A stretch of DNA of 64,000 nt from a virus, in IMG/VR virus record IMGVR_UViG_3300023176_005537, positions 1 through 64,000 of that record, one strand, 5' to 3'. The notes under the pieces were generated by a model. That model had not been told where the DNA came from. It ran no database searches and was given only the letters and a program-made list of their open reading frames with translations. Positions within the stretch are counted from its first letter, which is position 1; every line of letters starts with the position of its first letter. Below, in pieces: positions 55,066 to 64,000 of the stretch. The translations under genes were made by a program, and so were the position numbers.

Positions 55066-56145
55066 ATGTCTACTTTTAGTTCATATGAAAAAGATAAAAA
55101 AATATTTGATAATTGGCGACAATTTGTAATTAGAGAACAAGCGGAGATTGACGAAGATTTGGAGCTTACCGAAGATGCGGCAAAAACTCTGCAAGAATTA
55201 CAGATTGGTGAAAAATACGCGGCGGTGGAAGGAATTGGAGATATAAAAAACGTTGGCGAATTGTTGTATTATTTAACCGCCAAAGGCGTTCTTAAACCTT
55301 CACAATGGGATAAAGTCAAACTCGATATAGCGAAAAAATTGGAAAGCCTTAGAGAGACGCGCTTTGGAAAGTTAGCTGACTTTCTTAGTAGTGGAATTGT
55401 GGCGGGTTTAGGCACAGCGGCTGTTGCCACTATTTTATCTGCAGCGGGGGTTGATGCGGAGACTATAGCCGCAGCATCAGTCCCCACCGGTGGCCTGTCT
55501 TTTATTGGGTTAGCTGTTCTTAATCAAGCTGGTGGTGGAGGTTTTGGTAAGATCACTGATTTCCTGTTTGATTCTGGTTTGAAGGTATTGGTAGGTGAGA
55601 ACAAAGAAGTGCTAGCTCAATTAATAGGCTGGCCAGATACCGGAAAAGGTAAAAGCGGAGAGGCTCCTTTGATTGGCCTGTTTGACTTGGATGATGATTA
55701 TCAAGCTCTTGCTAGGGTTTTCGAAAAGAAAGAGCCATCTGATTTCTCTGATTTGGAAAAGGAATCTTTGGAATTGTTTATAAAAAAGATTATCAAAGCT
55801 AGTATTAGCAATTTAGATACCACGATTGAAAAAATCTCTTCTGACCTGAACCATGATGAACAATTTAAAGATCTTATCAAAAAAAACTTAGGCATCGATG
55901 TAGACAAAACAGAGGCTGAAGATAGTCTTCATATGCAACCAAATAGAAAACCAAAAAGACCTATAGCCTCGGACGATTATTTTGGAACACCTAGGGCTAC
56001 AGCCCCGAGAAAGCAGAGGAAGACCTCATCGGACTCCAGATTCGATTGGGAGAAGTACTCCCCGAAAAGCAGAAGAAAACCTCGTGTTCGTGAGGCTCGA
56101 TTGAGAGAAAGTACTACTAGTACTTTAAAGATTAATAGGAATTAG
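55066..56145 (+). CDS. hypothetical protein with NWRQF leader and Gly/Ala-rich hydrophobic hairpin
   Basis: IFDNWRQFVIRE; glycine-zipper-like segment. Confidence 0.7.
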   Translation: MSTFSSYEKDKKIFDNWRQFVIREQAEIDEDLELTEDAAKTLQELQIGEKYAAVEGIGDIKNVGELLYYLTAKGVLKPSQWDKVKLDIAKKLESLRETRFGKLADFLSSGIVAGLGTAAVATILSAAGVDAETIAAASVPTGGLSFIGLAVLNQAGGGGFGKITDFLFDSGLKVLVGENKEVLAQLIGWPDTGKGKSGEAPLIGLFDLDDDYQALARVFEKKEPSDFSDLEKESLELFIKKIIKASISNLDTTIEKISSDLNHDEQFKDLIKKNLGIDVDKTEAEDSLHMQPNRKPKRPIASDDYFGTPRATAPRKQRKTSSDSRFDWEKYSPKSRRKPRVREARLRESTTSTLKINRN

Positions 56146-56152
56146 TTTTATA

Positions 56153-56839
56153 ATGCAAGAAATCAATAACAATACAGATCGAGATCTTTCTTCTCTTCAA
56201 AACATTTTAACTTCCTTTCTTCCTTATGCAAAAGAAAGATTGGGTTACGACAAGCCTTGCTGTGTCAACTTTGTTTCAGATATTGAAAACTCAAAAATGG
56301 ACTTTGGCAAAACTGCTTATTATGATCCCTCCAATATGGAAATTGTAATTTATGTGGATGGAAGACATCCAAAAGATATGCTTCGCTCTATCTCGCACGA
56401 ATTGGTTCATCATGCACAAAATTGTAGAGGAGACTTTGATTTTCAGTTTGAAACAAAGCCCGGATACGCCCAAAACAACCAAAAATTAAGAGAATTGGAA
56501 GCTGAAGCCTATTTACTAGGAAACGGATTTCTTGTAAGAGATTTCGAAGATTCAATCAAATTAGGAGACCAAGTTCTTATGGAATGGAAAAATAAAGAAA
56601 AGAAAAAACTTTTGAAAGAAGCCAAAACAGAAAAATATAATGACGCTCCGGAACTAGAGGGTAAACAGGCAACGGAATTGCCTGATCACCTTCAAAAAGC
56701 AATTATTGACAAAGATAAAGATGCCGGTGGCAAAAAAGATGAGAAAGAAGATGAGAAAGAAAATGTCAAAGAACATTACATCACTCGTTCTGAAATCGTT
56801 GGAAATGAATTAATGAAACGTTGGTTTTCTAAAAAATAA
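56153..56839 (+). CDS. zincin-like metallopeptidase
   Basis: GKTAYYDP, HELVHH.Q, EAEAY. Confidence 0.7.
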   Translation: MQEINNNTDRDLSSLQNILTSFLPYAKERLGYDKPCCVNFVSDIENSKMDFGKTAYYDPSNMEIVIYVDGRHPKDMLRSISHELVHHAQNCRGDFDFQFETKPGYAQNNQKLRELEAEAYLLGNGFLVRDFEDSIKLGDQVLMEWKNKEKKKLLKEAKTEKYNDAPELEGKQATELPDHLQKAIIDKDKDAGGKKDEKEDEKENVKEHYITRSEIVGNELMKRWFSKK

Positions 56840-56854
56840 AAAGGATTTGTAAAA

Positions 56855-57106
56855 ATGGGTAGAAAAAAGAAAAGACTTCGAATTTTGAAAAGGCAGCTTG
56901 ATGCTAAAAAAGCATTGGAAGCTCTTGAATTGGAAAAAGAACTTGCTTTGAAAGCTGAAGTTGAAAAGAGAGCGGCAGCAGAAGCCGAAGCGAAAAAGAA
57001 AGCAGAAGCCGAAGCAAAAAAGAAAGCAGAAGCTGAAGCAAAGAAAAAAACCGAAGCAAAACCCAAAAAAACCACCAAGAAAAAGGTAGTTAAAAAAGAT
57101 GACTGA
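56855..57106 (+). CDS. Lys/Ala-rich low-complexity protein
   Basis: AEAEAKKK x3 (24-bp tandem repeats). Confidence 0.7.
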   Translation: MGRKKKRLRILKRQLDAKKALEALELEKELALKAEVEKRAAAEAEAKKKAEAEAKKKAEAEAKKKTEAKPKKTTKKKVVKKDD

Positions 57107-57290
57107 TCATCGCAAAATGACCCGCGAGTTTCTTGAAGGAAAAACAAAACAAGAGTATACCCTCTTGGAGCACCTTCAAGAGATCGAAAAACAAGTTGAG
57201 CAGCTACCTTCCGGATGGAAAAAAGAGCAAGTTAAAGAGCACATCAAGAGTGCTAAAAGAAAAGCAAGAATTTTAACCAAGGATAACTAA
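57099..57290 (+). CDS. hypothetical protein
   Basis: Coupled ORF. Confidence 0.6.
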   Translation: MTDHRKMTREFLEGKTKQEYTLLEHLQEIEKQVEQLPSGWKKEQVKEHIKSAKRKARILTKDN

Positions 57291-57294
57291 CAAC

Positions 57295-60177
57295 ATGCAA
57301 GAAGAACTTCTTCTAGAGGGCGGCTTGGCCGGCCACATGTCCCACCTTTATGAAAATCCAAAACTTAAGTTTTCCGACATTAAAGAGATTTTCCGGAAAG
57401 CTGGTGTTGGAGAGCTAGAAGGGACTGAAAAAACAGATGGCCAGAACCTTTTTATTTCATATGATCTAGCATCTGGCGAAGCAAGAGCCGCTAGAAACAA
57501 AGGGAATATTGCTAAAGGCGGGATGAACGCTGCTGAATTAGCTCAAAAGTTTGGTGGGCGTGGTTCTTTGGAAATTGCTTTCACGGAAGCTTTCAGCGCC
57601 TTTGAGAAAGCAGTTCAAGCCCTCTCTGACGAAGAAATTTTAGACCTCTTTGGAGAAAGCGCAGATATTTTCTACAATGCTGAGATCCAAGATCCAAGAA
57701 ACCCCAACGTTATTCAATACTCTATTCCAACTTTGAATATTCATCGTGTTGGTCATGTTAAAGTTGAAAATGGAAAACCTGTTGCCACAGATGATGTATC
57801 TTCAGGCTTGGTTGCAAAATTGGAAAATGCAATTGAAAAGATCAAAGAAAAAGATGTTTTAGATAATTTTAGAATTCAAGTCAATGCTATTCGAAGATTG
57901 GAAAGCCTTGACAATGAAAACATTGCAAATGAATTCATTAATAGATTAGAAAGTTTAACTTCTGCCGCTGGCCTTTCTGATTCAAACACCGTTGGAGATT
58001 ATCTTACTTTAAAGATTGTTCCAATGATTGTTGAAGATTTTCCTTTAATTCCGGAGGAAAAGCTGACACTCCTGATGAAAAGGCTTTTCGAAGGAACTTC
58101 TGTTAAGCTCAATGATATCAAGGAAGGTCTTCCAAGGGAAGCCCAGCAGCAAGTTTCAGCAGCATCTAAAAAGCTGGGAAAATACTTTAAAAAGGCAGTC
58201 AAGCCTTTGGAAATGATCATCCACCAGTTCGCTGTTGAAATTCTTAAAAACTTTCAAAGTGCTTTTGTTTTAGATAACAAAGAAGAAGTCCAAAGACTGC
58301 AAAAAGAAGTTTCTGATGCTATCTCTGCTATCCGAAGCTCCGGCGTTGAAGAAGCTATTGGGATCTTGAACACGCAGTTGGAAAAACTTGTCGATGCAGA
58401 GGGTGTTTCCACTGCTGCTGAAGGTTTTGTTTTTGATTACGATGGAAAAACATACAAGTTCACCGGTAACTTTGCTCCTGCTAACCAACTCCTAGGGTTG
58501 TTTAAGTATGGCAGAGGAAAGATCCCAGCTTTGCAAAGCCTTTTGAAAGAAAATAAAAAGCTGGTTCTCCTTCCCGGCGGTTTCAAGCCACCTACCAAAG
58601 CTCACAAAGCAATGATTGACTACTATGCTAGTCTGCCCGATGTTGAGAAGATTTTGGTCCTGATCGGCCCCAAGGCTAGAGAAGGGTTTTCTAGAGAACA
58701 ATCAATGAAAGTTTTTGATCTTTATAATTTAGATGGGAAAGTAGAAGTGTTGGAGACTGATTACAACTCTCCCATTATGGCTGCTTATGAGTTTTTGATC
58801 AGTGATGAAAGAAGGGAAGCTTACAAAGATTTAGCTTTCACAATGGGTGCTGGCTCAAAAGACGCCGATGCAAGAAGAATCGAAGAGTTTAAAAACTATT
58901 TTGAAGTTAAAAACCCGGACAAACTTCCGGAAGGCTTTTCGGTCGATGTTATCTCGCCTTGCGAAACACAACCTTGTGTGGGTCCAGATGCTACTCCAGT
59001 CAGCGCCACAAAGCTTCGAAATGCGATTAGTTCTAGAGACAAAGAAGCTATTAAAACAATGATTCCGGATAACATTGATGTTGATCGTTTTATAGAAATC
59101 TATGACACTGAAAGACTTGAAGAAGCCTCTTCAATGGCCGCTGGAAATGTTGCTGGGCATTCTGGTCGTCCTTTTAAAAAGGACGAAGATGATGAAAAGA
59201 AAAAAGAATTGAAAAAACTCATTAACAAAGGGATAAAAACCGTGAAAGAGCAAAAAAGAATAGAAGAAGCAAAGTTTCGACAGATTGTTCAAGCTTTGGT
59301 TGTAAAGAAATACAAAACACTTATGGAACAAGAAGAAATGAAAGCAGGAGAAAGATCGACTGCTATCAACTATCTTGAAAAAGTTCTGAAAATGATCATT
59401 CCCGGGAAAGTGGGCGGTTCCCAGTTGGAACCAGAGTATAGCGCGCTTTCTACAGCGGCAGAGCGTAGGTCTTTTATCAAGCACGTTATTCAAGGTCTTT
59501 ACGACGAGATTGCACCTGAAATGTCTTTGGATGGACTTATTTCTCGATTTGAGAGAAGAAAAGAATCTTTCTTACAGAAAGATCAAAAACCCCTCATGGA
59601 GCAAGAAGATATCAAAATCACTTTGGATGCTGAAGGGTTACCAAAAACCGAAAAAGAAGTAGAAGAAGATGAACTAGCAGCATCAGACAGCTTGACAACC
59701 GGTCGGGTTACTGACCGTGGCCCGGAAGATGACTTTCCAGAACCTATCTCTGGCGAGAACTCAATTGGTCGAAAAGCAGCTTATCGGTTCATCTCTACCC
59801 AAAAAGCAACCATCGAGAATGCTTTGAAAGACCTTCAAATGACACCGGAAGAATTGGAAGTTTTCAAAAGAGAAAGTCCCGGAAAAGATGAACCTCAAGT
59901 TGAATTCTTGGACTTTTTGTTCACCAATATCGCTCTTCACTTTGATCGCCTAGAGAACAAATACTTCAACTCTGAAGTTTCAATCTCGCAAGACTTCTTT
60001 CAAGATGTCTTGAAGCAAGCGACGGGCGAAAAAGAAGCTGGTGCAGAAATTGCAACCGCTTCAGATAATATTGAGTTAACCGGACCTGAAGAAGGCGGTG
60101 AAGAGGAAATTGAACTTGATCTGGGAGAGGAGGGGCCAGAAGGCGGTGAAGAGGAAGAATTGGAGTTGGAACTTTAA
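57295..60177 (+). CDS. multidomain protein: ATP-dependent ligase-like domain, HIGH-type cytidylyltransferase-like domain and acidic tail
   Basis: EKTDGQN, YNAEI, EGFVF, YKF; PGGFKPPTKAH and SAT.LR. Confidence 0.7.
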   Translation: MQEELLLEGGLAGHMSHLYENPKLKFSDIKEIFRKAGVGELEGTEKTDGQNLFISYDLASGEARAARNKGNIAKGGMNAAELAQKFGGRGSLEIAFTEAFSAFEKAVQALSDEEILDLFGESADIFYNAEIQDPRNPNVIQYSIPTLNIHRVGHVKVENGKPVATDDVSSGLVAKLENAIEKIKEKDVLDNFRIQVNAIRRLESLDNENIANEFINRLESLTSAAGLSDSNTVGDYLTLKIVPMIVEDFPLIPEEKLTLLMKRLFEGTSVKLNDIKEGLPREAQQQVSAASKKLGKYFKKAVKPLEMIIHQFAVEILKNFQSAFVLDNKEEVQRLQKEVSDAISAIRSSGVEEAIGILNTQLEKLVDAEGVSTAAEGFVFDYDGKTYKFTGNFAPANQLLGLFKYGRGKIPALQSLLKENKKLVLLPGGFKPPTKAHKAMIDYYASLPDVEKILVLIGPKAREGFSREQSMKVFDLYNLDGKVEVLETDYNSPIMAAYEFLISDERREAYKDLAFTMGAGSKDADARRIEEFKNYFEVKNPDKLPEGFSVDVISPCETQPCVGPDATPVSATKLRNAISSRDKEAIKTMIPDNIDVDRFIEIYDTERLEEASSMAAGNVAGHSGRPFKKDEDDEKKKELKKLINKGIKTVKEQKRIEEAKFRQIVQALVVKKYKTLMEQEEMKAGERSTAINYLEKVLKMIIPGKVGGSQLEPEYSALSTAAERRSFIKHVIQGLYDEIAPEMSLDGLISRFERRKESFLQKDQKPLMEQEDIKITLDAEGLPKTEKEVEEDELAASDSLTTGRVTDRGPEDDFPEPISGENSIGRKAAYRFISTQKATIENALKDLQMTPEELEVFKRESPGKDEPQVEFLDFLFTNIALHFDRLENKYFNSEVSISQDFFQDVLKQATGEKEAGAEIATASDNIELTGPEEGGEEEIELDLGEEGPEGGEEEELELEL

Positions 60178-60794
60178 TTCAACAAAGAATGGATCTTATC
60201 ACAAACCTCTGGACATTTCCTGCAAACTTCTTCCCTATCATAACAAAAATAATCAGTGAAAACAACCGCATAATACTCCCTCAAGGAAGCCGTTGAATAA
60301 GGGGAGGGAAAGCCTCCCAAGTGACCCCTCAATTTAGAATATCCAACCTCTTCGTGGAAAAACACATCCAAGTTTGGATTGAAATCCACCTTCAAGAAAG
60401 CTTTCTTGTCACAGTCGTAGCCAGCGCTTGTCAAATTGTTGTAAAGATTGTATCTTTTGTTGATAAAGTGATCTCGGATCTCTCCATCGCCATAGATATG
60501 ATCTTGAAACTTCACTTCAGTGAAGTGAGCCAGTTCATGAACAATATCATCCAACATATCTTTAAAGTCATCTTGCTCGTTTGTAATGTAGATTGTGTTG
60601 TCTTTGAACACTGCGTTTCTGTTCAACTCATCAAATTCTTTTAGATGAGCCATATAAAAACCATCCAAACCATCAACCAGTCGCGCAGGGATCATGTCTT
60701 CTACCCTTTGAATGACTTCTTCAGGGTTCACCTTTGAATAGTCAGGTTCGTGAACAATAACGAAAGGAACTCCGTGGATAGAATATTCTTTCAT
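60174..60794 (-). CDS. zincin-like metallopeptidase (start uncertain)
   Basis: HELAH, PY....REYYA..F. Confidence 0.65.
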   Translation of the reverse strand: MKEYSIHGVPFVIVHEPDYSKVNPEEVIQRVEDMIPARLVDGLDGFYMAHLKEFDELNRNAVFKDNTIYITNEQDDFKDMLDDIVHELAHFTEVKFQDHIYGDGEIRDHFINKRYNLYNNLTSAGYDCDKKAFLKVDFNPNLDVFFHEEVGYSKLRGHLGGFPSPYSTASLREYYAVVFTDYFCYDREEVCRKCPEVCDKIHSLLN

Positions 60795-60810
60795 TCTTTT
60801 GTTTGAATAG

Positions 60811-61059
60811 TTATTTGTTTTGTGTCGTTCCATTAAAAGTTGCCTCACGCTCATTTTCAATAAATTCCTTTGCAAAGTCAAAATCTTGTGCTGCTTGTTC
60901 ATATCCTCGAAAAAAGTTCTCTTCCGCAATAGCAATAACAAATTCAGGAAACTCATCAGCAACAACTTCAACAATGTTTTCAACTGTTACTTCTTCTGTT
61001 TCCTTATCGAGGAGGAGCTTCTCTCCAGCATAATCAATCAAATATTGTTTTAAATCCAT
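60811..61059 (-). CDS. hypothetical protein
   Basis: GAGGT RBS on the minus strand. Confidence 0.75.
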   Translation of the reverse strand: MDLKQYLIDYAGEKLLLDKETEEVTVENIVEVVADEFPEFVIAIAEENFFRGYEQAAQDFDFAKEFIENEREATFNGTTQNK

Positions 61060-61100
61060 TTTACACCTCGTTTTCTTTTTTACATTATAACACAGTTTGA

Positions 61101-61625
61101 TTACAATTTAAAGTGTTTTATGCAATTTTTTATTCCAAAGTGAATTGGGGCATTTACGCTTCTTTTTCTGCTTCCGGGAAATTTAAACTTGGAAGACTTA
61201 AGTTTGCAATCTTTTTTAATGCACATTTTGATCTCGTCCAGATCTACCCAGCACCAAGCATCGTGCTCGGAGTTCAGCCTAGGCTCAAACTCATCAACAA
61301 CTTCAACCAAGAAAGTGGTATATTTAAAGTCGTCCCTTTCATTGACAAACTTGTCCATATAATCACGACCAGAAAGATCTTTTCCAATTTCCTCTAGGGT
61401 TTCTCTTTGTGCTGTTTTCTCTGGTTTTTCGCCTACTTTGGCGTGTCCGCCGGGAGAAGCAAGATGGCCTGTTTCAGAACCATCTGCCCTTCTTAGGAGC
61501 AAGACGCTATCTTTTTGAGGGCAGTAAATAAAAAAGCCAGCGCCTTCATCTTGAGAATCTTCGTTTCTCAGACTTTCTCTAATAAACTTGCCCCAACCAA
61601 ATTGGATATACTCTTCTTTTGACAT
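61101..61625 (-). CDS. Nudix hydrolase
   Basis: Nudix box PGG....GE.....A.RE..EEIG; N-terminal WGKFIRE. Confidence 0.9.
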   Translation of the reverse strand: MSKEEYIQFGWGKFIRESLRNEDSQDEGAGFFIYCPQKDSVLLLRRADGSETGHLASPGGHAKVGEKPEKTAQRETLEEIGKDLSGRDYMDKFVNERDDFKYTTFLVEVVDEFEPRLNSEHDAWCWVDLDEIKMCIKKDCKLKSSKFKFPGSRKRSVNAPIHFGIKNCIKHFKL

Positions 61626-62936
61626 TTACAAAATCCTCGCTGCTAAACTGGCGACTTTCGATCTTTCGCCTTTTTGTAGGGTGATATGACCAGCTAATTC
61701 AGTTTCTTTGAAACTTTCAACTGCATATGTCAGCCCGTTGGTTGTTTCATCAATGTAAGCATTGTCAATCTGCTCAATATCTCCTGTTAGAACAATCTTT
61801 GTGTTCTCACCCACACGAGTGATGATCGTTTTCAACTCATGTCTAGACAAGTTTTGAGCTTCATCAATAATAATATAAGCATCAGAAATAGAACGACCCC
61901 TTATGTAAGTGAGAGCCTCTACTTCAATCAAGCCGTTTGAAAGGTATTCTTCCATTAGAATCTTATCATTGCCCATAAGATACTGCAAGTTGTCTCTGAT
62001 CGGAGCTAACCATGGTCTCATTTTCTCTTCCATTGAGCCCGGAAGAAAGCCAATGTCCTTTCCAAGAGGCTGAACGGGTCTGGAAACAACAAGGGTTTTG
62101 TACCTTTCTGTGTTTAAGACCTGCTCCATCCCAGCAGAAATAGCAGCAAGCGTCTTACCAGACCCTGCTTTCCCAATCAAAGTAACCACAGGAACGTCAG
62201 GGTTCATTAGAAGGTCAATAGAGAACCTCTGCTCCTTATTACGGGGCTTGATTAACCATTCGTGACCCTTGCTATCAAAAATGTGTTTAAGGGGCATAGA
62301 ATGGCTTAAAAAGCGCGCTAACGCAGTCTTCTTTTCATTTGAAGAGGAAACCAGCATCACAAACTGGTTTGGATGGAGATTGTGCTCTTCTTTTTCAACA
62401 AAGACATCTTTCTTTGCATAAAACTGATCCACAATCTCTTCATCTACAAGGATTTGCTTTAGGCCGGTGTAAAGCTCGGAAGAGTCTTTTACAACCTTGG
62501 AGGCAACGTATTCTTCACATTCAATACCAATAGCGTCACATTTAACTCGCATATTGATATCACGAGAAACAACAACAACTTTCTTTTTGGGATTTTCTCT
62601 TTTTTCGGTGAGAGCTACGCAGATAATCTGATTGTCGGGGTGTTTAGGGTCAAAGCCTTCTGGAAGATACTCGATATTATACCCTTTGGTATAAATTAAG
62701 CCTTTTCCTTTTTCAATTCGAACACCTTTTTGAAGTGAACCTTTTGTTCTTAACTCATCTAAAATTCTGATAATCTGTCTTGCCTGTGCTCCAACTCCGT
62801 CTTGTCTTGTTTTGTGTTTATCGATTTCCTCTAGAACCTTCAGGGGGATGATAATGTCGTTCTTTTTGAATTCTTTGATTGAGTTTGCGTCTGTGAGATA
62901 AACTGAAGTATCTAGGATGTAAGTTTTCTTTCTCAT
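61626..62936 (-). CDS. phoH: PhoH-family protein with N-terminal PIN domain
   Basis: ILDTS..EEID..DN.I..RD.N.R PIN; GKAGSGKT, GFLPG, RGRS, DEAQN, GD..Q.D. Confidence 0.93.
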   Translation of the reverse strand: MRKKTYILDTSVYLTDANSIKEFKKNDIIIPLKVLEEIDKHKTRQDGVGAQARQIIRILDELRTKGSLQKGVRIEKGKGLIYTKGYNIEYLPEGFDPKHPDNQIICVALTEKRENPKKKVVVVSRDINMRVKCDAIGIECEEYVASKVVKDSSELYTGLKQILVDEEIVDQFYAKKDVFVEKEEHNLHPNQFVMLVSSSNEKKTALARFLSHSMPLKHIFDSKGHEWLIKPRNKEQRFSIDLLMNPDVPVVTLIGKAGSGKTLAAISAGMEQVLNTERYKTLVVSRPVQPLGKDIGFLPGSMEEKMRPWLAPIRDNLQYLMGNDKILMEEYLSNGLIEVEALTYIRGRSISDAYIIIDEAQNLSRHELKTIITRVGENTKIVLTGDIEQIDNAYIDETTNGLTYAVESFKETELAGHITLQKGERSKVASLAARIL

Positions 62937-63049
62937 AATGCTTTCCTTGCAGTGGTTTAGAGTTAAAACTCTATGATTAAATAGTTTTGATACTTTAAAC
63001 AAATTAGAAAACTAGTTAAAATTGTAACCCTAATTTGCGAGGAAAAGCA

Positions 63050-63829
63050 ATGAGGAAACGTTTAATTTACTTTTATCTTTTTTTTATCCCTCTCTGCTTC
63101 CATTTTGCTGGATGTTCCCACCTCACTTATTTCCGCTCGTTCGCAAAGAAAAACCCATTCAAACAAAGAGCCTTTTTCAAATTTGTTCGAGTAGCAACAA
63201 TTCAAATCTGTAAGCCAGAAAGATTTCACATTGCTTGCAGGTCTAGACAAGTAAGATATGAAGGTTCAGCTTTCCATGTCCACAAAGAAGGTAAGTGGAG
63301 TTATGCTTTGACTGCTGCTCACAACATATACCTTGATCCGGTACATCCAATGCACAGAAGAATGTTAAGTGCAATGAAATACAAGATCTCTGTGTCTAAT
63401 GACCATTCCTACTTGATCGATTGGCACAAAAGAAAACACAAGATCGTTGGCTTCAAAATGGTGAAAAAAGCTGATCTGGGCATTGTAAGAGTCAAGTTGG
63501 TCGAAGACCTGCCTACTTACAGGATCGCCACGGAAATGCCCCAAAAAGGCGAGAAAGTTTATAATACAGCCTCACCCCTAGGTTTCTTTTCAGGAAACGT
63601 TCTAGGGCTATATGAAGGGCGTTATCTGGGTAAAAAGATTGTGCCTATCAAAGGATATAAATCTTTAATGGCTGTTTACACGATTCCTGTGATTGGTGGT
63701 TCATCTGGTTCTCCGATCCTGAATAAATGCGGAGAGGTGATCGGCATTGTTTCTTCTGTTCATAGAAGGTTCCATCATATCAGCTTTGGTGTGCCTCTTT
63801 CAGCCATTCGCTCTGCAATGTATAAATAA
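63050..63829 (+). CDS. trypsin-like serine protease, probable lipoprotein
   Basis: TAAH, DLG, GSSGSP; FAGC lipobox. Confidence 0.85.
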   Translation: MRKRLIYFYLFFIPLCFHFAGCSHLTYFRSFAKKNPFKQRAFFKFVRVATIQICKPERFHIACRSRQVRYEGSAFHVHKEGKWSYALTAAHNIYLDPVHPMHRRMLSAMKYKISVSNDHSYLIDWHKRKHKIVGFKMVKKADLGIVRVKLVEDLPTYRIATEMPQKGEKVYNTASPLGFFSGNVLGLYEGRYLGKKIVPIKGYKSLMAVYTIPVIGGSSGSPILNKCGEVIGIVSSVHRRFHHISFGVPLSAIRSAMYK

Positions 63830-64000
63830 TCACTTATTCTTCTGTCTTAAATCAAATCTAGTTAAAAGCTCTCCGAATCTTTCTGTTGTTACACCTAGGA
63901 AAGACGCTGCCCCTCTTATATCTACAGCGGCTGAAATAGCCGTTTTTACTATTGCTTCTTTAATTATTTTGTCTATGTTGTAAAAGATCCTCAAACCATA
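63830..64000 (-). CDS. 3' end of a gene with a Fis-like HTH, truncated by window edge
   Basis: Manual translation ..IIKEAIVKTA..IRGAASFLGVTTERF..LL.RFDL. Confidence 0.5.
   Translation of the reverse strand, partial: YGLRIFYNIDKIIKEAIVKTAISAAVDIRGAASFLGVTTERFGELLTRFDLRQKNK

Noticed and set aside
1-64000. Bacterial chromosome or prophage origin
   Set aside because: Housekeeping-like genes are divergent, out of bacterial operon context and interleaved with phage-type genes; no integrase, rRNA or ribosomal protein genes

Overview
This window looks like a 64-kb segment of a large lytic dsDNA phage genome in the standard genetic code. No capsid, terminase or tail genes are recognisable here. Four zones are visible. 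(1) 1-28 kb: replication and metabolism, with SSB, RecA/UvsX, six tRNAs, a 5'-3' exonuclease, a DnaB-like helicase, class II RNR, a nuclease plus Dam pair, GroES, ThyX, DnaE, dUTPase, PurA, a second adenine MTase, IMPDH/GMPR, ClpP, GroEL and Hsp20. (2) 28-40 kb: accessory/early cassettes (UvsE, MORN paralogues, a 3-gene paralogue family, MoxR plus VWA, ArdC), many behind their own GATC-containing sigma70 promoter and IHF-like sites. (3) 40-45 kb: a GC-rich block with an iteron/DnaA-box-like non-coding region, then small genes driven by a repeated promoter in which a 19-bp palindrome (TGTGWCA-CGATC-TGWCACA) replaces the -35 box. (4) 45-64 kb: an abrupt switch to AT-rich genes, several behind a CTATTTAT motif. 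Many of these share short N-terminal leaders (MKITKxxLxxIIxEE or WxxF..E) fused to unrelated cargo such as pentapeptide repeats, a Pol-beta nucleotidyltransferase and Nudix. A ligase-like/HIGH fusion protein lies in the same zone. The best candidates for new biology are a possible methylation-gated, IHF-shaped cassette promoter system and a leader-addressed set of virion cargo proteins. All calls come from reading motifs by eye; no searches were run. Where a start codon differs from the ORF track, it was moved to an ATG supported by a ribosome-binding site.
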